The notes beneath the pieces are model-generated. The model was not told the origin of the DNA and ran no database searches. It saw only the letters and a program-made list of their open reading frames with translations. From Callorhinchus milii (Eukaryota): a stretch of 64,000 nucleotides of DNA. The stretch covers positions 70,930,001 to 70,994,000 of the forward strand of contig NW_024704742.1 in the NCBI RefSeq assembly GCF_018977255.1, in the 5' to 3' direction. Position numbers and translations under genes: made by a program. Numbering within the stretch: position 1 is the first letter of the stretch; each line of letters opens with the position of its first letter. This document shows positions 11,461-22,330 of the stretch, piece by piece.

Positions 11461-13412
11461 CAGGGGAGGCAAAATATGGCCCACGGCCATATCCAGCCCG
11501 CCAAATGATTCTGTCCGGCCCTGTCTAGCAATAGAAAAAATTATAGTTTGTTCAGTCAGAAAGTCGCACAAATTTCACACTTGAATCAGACCAGAAACAT
11601 CAGCGAATCACACTGCTTAGTCGTGCACACGCTCCCTTAAGTGTTGAATCAGGCTGACGTCAGAAATGTACGGATCGGCAAATTTTCAAACGCGTGTGCG
11701 GTAACTGGCAATACGTTTCACTGAAATGGACGTTAATTCAAAATGAGTTTATCAAAGAAGCGGAAAATGGACGCTGAAGGCTGAATAATCAACAAAGAAT
11801 AGACTTCTACATTTTTTTTGCCAATGTGGGTGGAAAATAAAATAAAATAAATTAAAATGAAATAAATAAAGAAAATAAAACAGTGTGTAGTTACAAAATA
11901 AATTACAAAAATTGCATGTTTTTCACTGGCACTCGATGAAAGTCGTGATGTCAAAGACACAGCCCAGTTAATAATTTTTATTCGAGGTATCACCAAACAT
12001 TTTGAGCTCACAGAAGAATTGGCATCAATGCAGTCAATGAAAGATATAACAAGTGGAGAAGACTTTTTGGAGGCAGTAAATAAGTGTATCCTAAAATTAG
12101 AATTGTAGTGAAAAAAATTGGTGAATGTGACCACCGATGGAAGCCCAAATCTGACAGGCAAAATGTTGGGTTACTGAAAAGAATTCAAGATCAAGTCAAA
12201 GAAACAAATCCAGAACAGAATACTATTTTTCTACACTACATTATCCACCAAGAGGTCCTCTGTAAGAGTGTTCTAAAACTAAGCAATGTCGCGGACACAG
12301 TTACGAAAGTTGTTAACTACGTTCGAGCAAGAGGATTAAACCACAGGCAATTTGTAACTGCTTGAGGAATTGGAATCCAAGCACATGGATGTAAGATGGC
12401 TTAGTTTAGGAAAGGTCTTGAAAATAGTGTGGGAACTGAGAACAGAGACTGATTTATTTTTGGACATGAAACAAAAAGGTTCAGATTTCCCACAGCAGAA
12501 TGATGCAAATTGGCTCTCTGATTTCACATTTGCTGTTTATATCATGGGCCACATGAATGAACTGAATTCAAAGCTGCAATGGAAGGGGGCCTTTGTGCAT
12601 GATTTGTATTGCAGTTTCAAGTCATTTATGATGAAATTATTTCTTTTATTGCATCAGATAGGAAACAGGCAGTTTGCCCACTTTCCAAATTTGCAGCATT
12701 ACTGTTTGCGATCACAGCCTTAAAAAGTATACTTTATCACTACTTGACTTGCATGGCGAATTTTCTCGCCGATTCCAGGATTTCAATTTGATCGAAAATG
12801 ACCTGTCTTTGGTCTCTTCACCATTCTCATTTGATGTTGACAAAGCCCCATTTGATCTCCAACTCGAGCCTATTGACCTGCAATGTGATCCATTGCTTGC
12901 GGACCAATTCAAATCAGTGCCGCTTTCCAGTTTTTACGCCTCTCTTAATGAATATACCTTTCCAAAAATAAAGGCTCATGCCCGGAGGGTACTTGTGCTG
13001 TTTGGATCAAAATGCATATGGAAGGAGACATTTTCTGTGATGAAATTCAATAATTCAAAATCCAGATCTGTGATGACTGATGACCACCTTGCAGCAGTAC
13101 TCTGCATTGCAACAACGGAGACAATGCTTGACTTCAGTTGTCTGGTTAATGCACATCAGCGCTCTCATTCATCCCATTGAGTGAGCTTCTCACATTCTTA
13201 TCAAAATGTGAATAAATTAATAAATATCGAATAAACGTCTGCTCCCTGAGTTTTTATTTAACCTAATTTTAGTGAATGTCTATATACTTTATTTTGTGTA
13301 TGTACAAGTGTAAGATTTGATTTTGAGCTATTATTAAGCATTTGCATCTATATTAAGTGTGTGGCCTGCTATCAAAACTCGTGAAGTGGTCGCCAGACAA
13401 AATAATGGCCTG
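11461..13412 (+). mobile_element. Decayed hAT DNA transposon (SPIN/Buster/Charlie-like, GTF2IRD2-type transposase), internally deleted and frameshifted
   Basis: Starts CAGGGG, ends CCTG, flanked by GTTTAATG / GTTTAACA. Transposase motifs SKKRKMDAEG, FSLALDES, LHYIIHQE, VRWLS and the C-terminal FGS...FSVMK...DDHL dimerisation region lie between 11742 and 13180. Confidence 0.93.
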
Positions 13413-14228
13413 GTTTAACATCTCCTGAAGGATGGTGCCTCACACAATACAGCGCTCCCTTGAATGGTGGGCCTAGACTGTGAGCTCAAAGTCCTCATGT
13501 GGGGTTTGAACCAACAACCTTCTGCTTCATATAGGTGTTTCCCCAACATTTCCCTCCATCGTCTCACCCCACCTTACTTCTGTGACCTCCTTTAATCCTA
13601 CCAACCTGGCTCAGTGTGTGCTTCATGTCTCTTACCTAATTCCCCCCCCACCATCCCTCTGACTCAGTGTCCCTCTTCCTTGCCCCCTCTCCCCACCTTT
13701 AAAACCCTTCTTAAGACCTATCTTTTGACCACGCTTTTGAACCCCTTCTTTATCCCTCCCCCTGACAAAATGCAAATGTTGGCATCTAAGTCAGGCTCTG
13801 CCACCTCATGTGTTTATAATAATAATCCTTGCATCTGATATAACTCCTTATCACACTGTTGAGACGTCTCCGAGTGCTTCTCAGAATCTATTGTAAAGTG
13901 GTTGACTTTTTTTGAGGGTGAAACGCAGTAACCAATTGTGTACAGTAGTGTCCCATAAAGATCTGTGGATCAGCTGACCAAATTTTTCTTTATACAACGG
14001 ATAGTATTATTCCTGTTCCTCTCTCTTTCCCCCACACACCCGGTCCTAAGCACGTGTATCCAATCACATTGCTAGTCCAGTGTGGCATAGTGTTACCTCC
14101 ATGTTTTTTTTCACTGAAACATGTGGAAGCATGATGATAATTGTATTTAGAAGATTAAATACAGTTAAACACTTGTACTGTATACAATGAAGTACTTGTA
14201 TACAGTATAAGCGTTTAACTGTATTTAG

Positions 14229-14390
14229 ACATCCAGAGGATCGGTCATTTGCATGGCAGATAATGATCAGATCCATCGCCATGTTCGGTGTGACATCTTC
14301 AGAAATATGGATGGAGTGAGGAGGAAGTTACTGGTGTCAGACATAGTTACACTCAACTCATCTGTGACAGAAAATAAATATTCATTGTAA
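14229..14390 (+). pseudogene. Nested exon-like segment C: HPEDRSFAWQIMIRSIAMFGVTSSEIWME* (stop 14317-14319; a second frame is open to 14390)
   Basis: tttaac...tttag acceptor; phase-2 entry matches segment B; AATAAA at 14373-14378. Confidence 0.4.
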
Positions 14391-14595
14391 GAAGGAAAAC
14401 AGAGGTGGGTAACAGGACTTTGTGAACAACCTGCATGTGGTAATCTGGGGTGTGGTCTGACACATCTCGAGCCTGATTTGGTGTGATTAAAGAACCTGGC
14501 TGCTGAATGGCTCAATGGCTGGTTTTGATTTGAGCCTCTCTCCCGGTTTTGCCTGGATGCCCTGCCCTCACTGTCTCCTGGTTTCCTGTTTCTAG

Positions 14596-14702
14596 GGCTG
14601 CCCGAGTCGGAGTCGGAATCTGAGGAGGATGGTGACAGCTGTGCCATGAAAAAAATGCCCGTTAAACGTGAGTCACCCCCTGGTGCTCTACACCCTTCGA
14701 AG
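14596..14702 (+). CDS. npm1: Nucleophosmin-like exon 5: LPESESESEEDGDSCAMKKMPVKRESPPGALHPSK (A2 acidic tract, first half of NLS)
   Basis: tttctag|...|gtaggg; 107 nt, phase 1 to 0 as in NPM1 exon 5; ESEED and KRxxPG motifs retained. Confidence 0.92.
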
Positions 14703-16077
14703 GTAGGGAGGAGGAGATCACTTAACGTGCGAGTCTTGCTCAGCAAAAGGTGATAACAGAGTTTGTAATTTTACAGCGTCTTCTCACATCACACTTTGTT
14801 GCTTTTGAATGAGCGACTTAACTAGAGGATTTTTATAATATAATAATAATAATCCTTGCATTTCATAATCCGCATTATCATGTTGTTGAAACGTTTCAAA
14901 GCACTTCACAGAATATATTGTAAATTGAATTGACCATATTTTGCGGGTAAATTGACTGTATATTTTGGTGGAGTCCCAAAGCGTAGTTAGCGCACTTACC
15001 TTATAATGTGAGAGGACCCGGTTTTGATTCCCGGACAGGGCGATACTCCCCTGTTTACCTAGCAGTAAGTTGGATCCCGGTCATTAGTGGATTGGCAGAT
15101 CTCTTTACGAAAGTAATAATCTCTCCCCCTCCAAAAAATTGCTCACTCAATCCACTACTGTTTGTGGGACATTGCTGTGCGCAATTGGCTGCCGCATTCT
15201 CCCACAAATATGCAGTCAATTCACTTTACAGTGTGTTCTGTGAAGCGCTTTGGGACGTCCTCCCGACGTGAAAAGCGCTATATCAAATGCAAGGATTATT
15301 ATTATTATTATCCCTCATCCCTATACAATGATATCTCATTGTATTGGGATGAGAGAGCTGTAGTGGGGGAGCAAGCACCAGCACACGATGGGGAAAGAGC
15401 AGGGGAATGGGATTAAAATAGAGAGTTCCAGTGGGGGAGCGAGCACCAACATAGAATAAGGGTTGAAAGGTCTTTTCTATGACTAATGGCTAACATTCTC
15501 TAATAAATTCCTCTTAGGAGTAAGTGTAGCAACGTTGACGATTTGGACTTATGATAGGGGTCTCCTCATAGCTGAACTTCTTCAAAGTGGTTGCACTTAG
15601 TGGTCAGGGGGATGTGGGCCCCAGTGTTTTCACTGTAGCCGAAATAATCATGTAGCCCATTTAGACTTTCAGAAAGCTTTTTCTCGAGACAAAAAAAGTT
15701 TCACACGAGAGACTTCTAATTAAACTGAAAACCACAGGAATCTGTAGCAGATCGGGGGAGTCGATAAGCAACTGGTGCTTCTAATGGAGCTCAAGTAATC
15801 ATAAGCACTTTAATGTTGGTCTGTGAGGGGCGGGGGACAGGTAGTGTTGAGTGAGGGCTCACTAGCTTGGACCCTTATTGTTCCTAAAGACCCAGGAATG
15901 TCCGAGATTCATTCCCTGTTCTGAACCGAGATAAATGAGGCCAGGATTTTTTTTCACCACTGGGAGTTGGTGAAAATGTGGGGTGAGCTGCCCCAGAAGA
16001 CAGGTTCAATTGAGAGATGCCAAAGGGAGATGGATTGATGGATGGATGGCTACTTGGAAAGTGAAGGTATTTATGTG

Positions 16078-16485
16078 TGTCAGCCTGACTTATTTGGTGG
16101 CACTCTCGCCTCTTGAGTCAGAAAGTTGTGGGTTCAAGCCCCACATCGGGACTTGGAATTACACATCCTCCAGTGCAGTGCTGGGTGTGTGTTTCATTGT
16201 CGGAGGTGCCGTCCTTCGAATAAAATGTTAAACAGTTGCTGCCTACATCTTCAGGTGGATGTTAAAGATTCCATGGCACTATTTGAAAAGAGAAGGGAGT
16301 TTCTCTTTCCTGGTGTCCTGGTCAACAATCCCCCAAATAAAACATTGGTCACTCATTCCATGACTGATTACTGCTGTATTTCCCATAAAACAGTCACTGC
16401 ACTTTACAGTATATCCTGTGAAGTGATTTGGGACGTCCTCCAGATATGAAAGGAGCCATATCTAATTTAAGGATTATTATTATTA
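16078..16485 (+). mobile_element. SINE family B, DeuSINE (SacSINE1/AmnSINE-like)
   Basis: tRNA-like head, Deu-domain-like GGTGCCGTCCTTCG...CAGGTGGATGTTAAAGAT...CCTGGTGTCCTGG, L2-like tail; family name from recall of the consensus. Confidence 0.82.
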
Positions 16486-16973
16486 CTATTAGGAGTAATA
16501 ATTACTTGCATTTGTGAAATGTCTTTCATAGCTCAAAAGACTTTACAGAATATAATATGGTAGAACAGTGCTGTGGAGCAAACAAAACAGCGAATCTGTG
16601 CTAGTGCCATCCCACAAACCATATCTGAGCAGCAAATTCATGTCAATTTGGGGGTGAAATTCTGGCAAGCTTTCCCACTGCTTGCCCAGCTAGGACCACT
16701 CTACCCATTAGGGCTTTGGCTTGCAGGGTTAACAGGAGCTAAGAGGGAAGAATCTCTTCCCCAGTTACTGGTCTACCCTTTCAGGTCCTGCCAATGAGCC
16801 AAGCTGGGCCTTGCTGTCATCAGCAGTGCCCTGCATGTCACCTTGGAGACATCACCACTGCAAGGAGATCCTGTTTACCTCTTCCGCTCCAAGGATAGTC
16901 ATGAGTTGGTCATTTGACATTGGATAAGTGAGGGTTTGAGCCCTCTCTTGGTGGGTAAGGCAATCTGGATGAT

Positions 16974-17830
16974 ACAACAACAAAGTTACATTTGTATAGC
17001 GCCTTTCACGTCGAGAGGACGTCCCAAAGTGCTGGACAGTCAGTGTTTTGGACCCAAGCTGGGGGTCGGGATTGGGGAGGGTAGAGGGGAAGGGGGGGTG
17101 ACCAAAGGCACAGTCGAGGAAGAGGATCTTGTGATGGATCTTGAAGAAGGCAAAGGAGGGGTCAAGAGTTAGGGACTGCAGAATGGAGTTCCAGAGGGTG
17201 GGGGCAGAGTGGCAGAAGGCCCGCCCGCCAATGGTGGGGCGGGCGAAGCGGGGGCAGTGAAGCAGGCTGGAGCCTGTTGAGCAGAGGGAGCGGGTAGGTT
17301 GGTAGGGGGTTAGGAGATCCCAGAGGTAGGGGGGAGCAAGGCCATGGAGGGTTTTGAAGGTGAGGACCAGGATCTTGAAACCAGGATCTTGAACTGTATC
17401 TTCTGTGTGATGGGAAGCCAGTGGAGTCGGGCGAGGATGGGCATGATAGGGTCAGGGAGTCTGGTGTGGGAGAGGACATGGGCTGCAGATTTCTGGATGA
17501 TCTGTAGCCTATGGAGGGAGGAGTTGGGGAGGCCGACAAGCAAGGAGCCTGCGTAGTCGAGCCTGGATATTATGAATGCATGTATGAGGGTTTCGGCTGC
17601 CTGTGGTGTGAGACTGTGGGGGAGCCAGGCGATGTTGAGGAGGTGGGGGAAGGCAGAGCAGGTCATAGCACAGATGTGGGGTAGAAAGGATAGTTGAGGG
17701 TCAAACAAGATCTCAAGGTTCCGGACTGGCTTAGCAAGGTGGTGTGTGCAACCATGGATGGTGATAGTGTCAATGCCTGCGGTGTGGAGGGGCTGACGGA
17801 AGCCAATCAGGAGAGCCTCGATCTTAATAC
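16974..17830 (-). mobile_element. L2-clade LINE 3' fragment
   Basis: ETLIHAFIISRLDY...LHWLPI in ORF 17310-17708; (CAA)n tail at the left end. Confidence 0.92.
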
Positions 17831-18103
17831 AGTCTAAGATACAGGATTAAAAACCAAGTGATAACGTGCTGTATCAAATGCAAGAATTATTATTATTAAA
17901 ATGTGAGTTTTTTTCTTTCTAAACTCCCTCATGACTTGGTCTCTCCAGAGGTTTCTAGACAATGTAACAAGTGGACTTGTTGCTCGTATCTCACTCAGCT
18001 TGGATGTATGTATGTAAAATCTTTCTCGTATCTCCCCTTCCCCTCTCGACACACACATGTTCTGAAGATGGCGTTCCCTGACCGTTTCTCTCTTTCTTTG
18101 TAG

Positions 18104-18249
18104 AAACTGTTCCAGTTGGAGAAAGGGGGGAAAGGAGTGACGGCTACCAAAGCTGGCACGGAAGGCGATGAAGATGCCGATGACGAAGATGATGATGAAG
18201 ATGATGATGATGATGAGGAGGAGGAGGAGGAGGAGGAGGAGGAAGAAGA
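18104..18249 (+). CDS. npm1: Nucleophosmin-like exon 6: KLFQLEKGGKGVTATKAGTEGDEDADDEDDDEDDDDDEEEEEEEEEEE (A3 acidic tract)
   Basis: Strong polypyrimidine tract and tag acceptor, gtgagt donor; 146 nt, phase 0 to 2 as in NPM1 exon 6. Confidence 0.92.
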
Positions 18250-20992
18250 GTGAGTTTTCCTTCATCAGTTTTTCTACCTCGTCCGCCCACCCTTCTTTGT
18301 CTCGGACTCAGATGGTTGTGGCCTCAAGTCCCAAATCAGAACTTTGAACTCACAATCTAGGCTGAGGTTCCAGTGTAGTGCAGGGGGAGTGCTGCATTGT
18401 CGGAGGTGCTGTCCTTCGGATTAAACCGATGCCCTGCCTGTCACATTAAAGATCCAACTCCATCAGGTCCCCTCTGAAATCATTCCATTTCCAGAGAGGA
18501 AAGTCTCTCCTATATTGTTTGGGACACTGCTGTGCGCAATTGGCTGCTGCATTTCGCCAACAAAATATATAGTCAATTCACTTTATCGTGTATTCTGTGA
18601 AGCGCTTTGTGATGTCTCAATGACATGATAAGGCTCTATATCAAATGTAAGGATTATTATATCCATACTTCCTGATAACATCCCTGTAAATCTACACTGT
18701 CCTTTCTCTCTCTCTCCAACGCTACAATATCATTTCTGTAATGTGACCAGAACTGTATGCAGGACTCCAAATATGGTCGAAATGCAACACCATTTATACT
18801 AAATCTACATTTACATTGTATTCCTCTGGAGATAAAGCCATTAGTTATGGCCTGCCCACCTGTGCTGCTCCTCTCATTCTTGTGAATCTGAGTCCCTTTG
18901 TTGCCTCTATCTCTCTTAATAATAATAATAATAATTGCATTTTATATACCGTCTTATCAATAATAATAATAATCCTTGCATTTGATATAGTGCTTTTCAT
19001 GTCTTCTAGACATCTCAAATCGCTTCACAGAATATACTGTAAAGTGAATTGACTGTATATTTTGTGGGCAAAACTTTTAGTAAATTTGGCAGTAATTTTG
19101 TGCACAGCCTGTCCCACAAACAATGCACATCAAGGGAATGGCCAATATATCTGGGGGGGAATTCTCGGCCGGGATCCCGGGAGAAACTCCCTTGTGCCGT
19201 AGGCCTGGATAACTGTCTGGTCGTGCAGTGTAATAGTTACCTGTCAGTGATTACAGGCTGTAACCCCAGCGAGGGGCACAGGTAGGGATGCATGCATGAG
19301 CATAAGATATTCATAAACGTTGCCCAAATGTGCCGAGATTGCATTCCAGCCTTGAAATTGGCCCTTGCTGCCCTGTTATTATCTGTAAATGGGCGCCGGG
19401 CATTTCAGGGTGTTGTTACATTGGCCTGGAAGCTGGGCGAGGCACAGGGGGCGGTGGGCACGCTCCTGTGAATGCCACATTGAGTTTTGCAGGGAGTTAG
19501 AATATATTAATAATAATCCTTTGCATTTGATATGGCACTTTATCACGTCTGAGACATCTCAAAGCGCTTCACAGAATATACTGTAAAGTGAATTGACTGT
19601 ATATTTTGTGGATGAAACACGGCAGCCAATTGTGCACAGCAGTGTCCCACAAACAGTCGTGGATTGAGTGAACAAATTTTTTTTAAAAAGGATTATTATC
19701 CCCGGAGAGCAATCCGCCAATCGGCTAGGAACTGGTTGTTACTTACTGCGAGGTAAACAGAGGCACGTGGGGTAAGGAAACTTGCATTGTCCCGCCTGGG
19801 AATTGAATCCAGGTCCTCTCGCTTGCAAGGCGGGTGCTCTTACCACTATGCACACAGCGAGTATGTTGTGTAGGTTTCAGTGCATCATTTTGCACATGAC
19901 TGTACTGGCAGCCTACACAACACAACACAATAATAATAATAATAATAATAAAAAAGGGACTGGAGAAGATCAGGAAATATATTGATCTACAAATTGAATG
20001 TGGACTTATGTGACAGTTTAAAACAAACATAGTTCCTATAATCATCAGTGCAACTGGGTCTGTTAATAATACTATTCAAAAATGGCATGACAATATACTT
20101 GGTGAACAAAATATCAATCTCCTGCACAAAGTAGCCAGGTTGGGAAGCTCAAATAGACTAAGAAATGTAACATCAATTCTTATGTAATGTGGCAGTGTTA
20201 CTGATCTGACTGACCATCACTGAAAACCACTTAGAAACTATCTCTACAGAGTGATTTAAACTGTAATAACATAATAATAATAAAAATTAATCCTTCCGTT
20301 TGATATGGCACTTTATCATGTAATGAAGTACTGGGCCTCTGACAATGCACTATTCTCCCTCACCCCACCCATCCAGCACAGTACTGGAGTGTCAGCCTCG
20401 ATCGTGATTTCAAAGCTCTGACGTAGGTTTGAACCCACAACCTACCAACTCCTAAAACAAGAGCATGACTGACTGAGCCAAGATGACAGATGCAGTCTCT
20501 CACCAGGGCCAGATACAGTTTTGAATGGAATGATTTAAGAAATTAATGTTAATTTAAGAAATACGAGAAGCTCACTGAGGCCAGGAGATAACTGCTAATG
20601 ATTGTTATTATTTTCCCTTTAAGAAGGAACTTGTTCCATTCTGTTCAATTTGTTACATAATTGCCAGCCTTTTTAATCCCATTTCCTTGACTTTTCTACA
20701 TATTCCTTAACACCCCTTGCTGCCTAAGTACCTCTCCATTGCCCTTTTAAGCATCACAATTGATTCTGCATCTGTGGCCTTCAGAAAGAGAAGAGTTTCT
20801 CTCCTGGTGTCCTGGCCAACAATCCCCCAATAAAATTAGTCGTTCATGGCTGTATGCAGGACATTTTGAGAGTGACACTGTTCGCCTACAAAACACGGAG
20901 TCACTAACTACATTTTGCAGCAAATCGTGTGAAGTGCTTTGAGACATGTTGTTGACATAAAATATGGTGTTTCAAAAAAAGGATTATTATTG

Positions 20993-22330
20993 TGGAGTCC
21001 TGTAGTATATTGATTAGACCACTTGTCTTGCAAGTGAGAGGACCTGGGTTTGATTACTGGGCAGGGCAAAATCTTAGGCAAGTTTCCTTACTCCACATGC
21101 CTCTGTTTACCTAACAGTAAATAGGAACCCGGTTGTTAGTTAATTGGCAGATTGCTTTCTGGGGGTAATAATCCCTTTAAAACAATTTTAATTTGGTGAC
21201 TTAGACCACGACTGTTTGTGGGACATTGCTGTGAGCAATTGGCTGCTAGGTTTCCCCCACAAAATATACACTCAATTCACTTTAAATGCGTTTTGAATTA
21301 TATTGTAAGGTTTATTATAATATTGATTATGTCCTCTTGTGATAGCTTCCTCTAACACAAAAAACTGGGTACAAAATGAGCTGCATTTATACAGCGTCTC
21401 TCCAGTGGGGCAGAGCACACTTGTACAATACATTTGTATTTACTAATTGCTTCCTGATTATCGCGTTGTGTGTTAGGGAAGAAGATGAGGAGGAAGAAGA
21501 AGAGGAAGAAGATGATGATGATGTTGATGACATGAAGGAGGCTGTGAAACCAGTGAAGACCCCTGTAAAAGCGCCAGTGAGAGTGAGTTACTGTACCCTT
21601 CCCTTCCTGGTCGGTCAGTGTCTGACGAATGTACAATGACCAGATTGAATCCAGAGGACAGGCAGAGTCCTGTAGCGTGGTAGTTCTCTTGCTCGCAAGC
21701 GAGAGGACCCGGGATCGATTCCTGGCCAGGGCGAAACCTTAGACAAGTTTTCTTACTCTGCTGCCTCTGTTTACTTAGCAGTAAGTAGGAATCCACTTGT
21801 TAGTCGATTGGCGGTTCGTGTTCCGAGTGTAATCCTTGTTGAAATAAAAAAAATGTAGTCACTCAATCCACGACTGTTTGTGGGACACTGCTGTGTGCAA
21901 TTGGCTGCCGCATTTTTCCCACAAAATACAGTCAATCCACTTTACAGTATTTTCTGTGAAGCACTTTGAGATGTCTATGTCGTGATAAGGTGCCATATTG
22001 TGGAGTCCTGTAGCTTAATGGTAACTGGGTTCGATTCCCAGACAGGGCGAAACGTTAGGCAAGTTTCCTTACTCCCCACGCCCCTGTTTACCTAGCAGTA
22101 AGTAGGAATCTGGTTGTTAGTTGATTGGCAGATCACTTTTCCAGGGGTAATAATTCCTTCAAAAAAAAATTTGATCACTCAAACCGAGACTGTGTGTGGG
22201 CACTGCTGTGCACAATTGCTGCCGTGTTTCGCCCACAATGTATGCAGTAATTCACTTTACAGTATATTCTGTGAAGCACTTTGAGACATCTTAAAAACAT
22301 GTAAGGTGCTATATTAAATGCAAGTATTCG
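20993..22330 (+). mobile_element. Three family-A SINEs (long subfamily) around Npm exon 7: ~20993-21290, ~21665-22000, ~22001-22330
   Basis: Each has a GAGTCCTGTAG head, CTGTTTACCTAGCAGTAAGTAGGAA-like centre and the shared tail. Confidence 0.85.
21477..21582 (+). CDS. npm1: Nucleophosmin-like exon 7: EEDEEEEEEEEDDDDVDDMKEAVKPVKTPVKAPVR
   Basis: tgttag|...|gtgagt; 106 nt, phase 2 to 0; a second in-frame donor (gtgaga) follows 21576. Confidence 0.9.

Noticed and set aside
14131..14137. ATGATGA box-C-like motif suggesting an intronic snoRNA
   Set aside because: No box D (CTGA) or terminal stem at a suitable distance.
14267..14746. 159-aa minus-strand ORF, and similar antisense ORFs over exons 3, 6 and 7
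   Set aside because: Antisense shadows of the Npm exons and low-complexity codon runs; no independent coding evidence.
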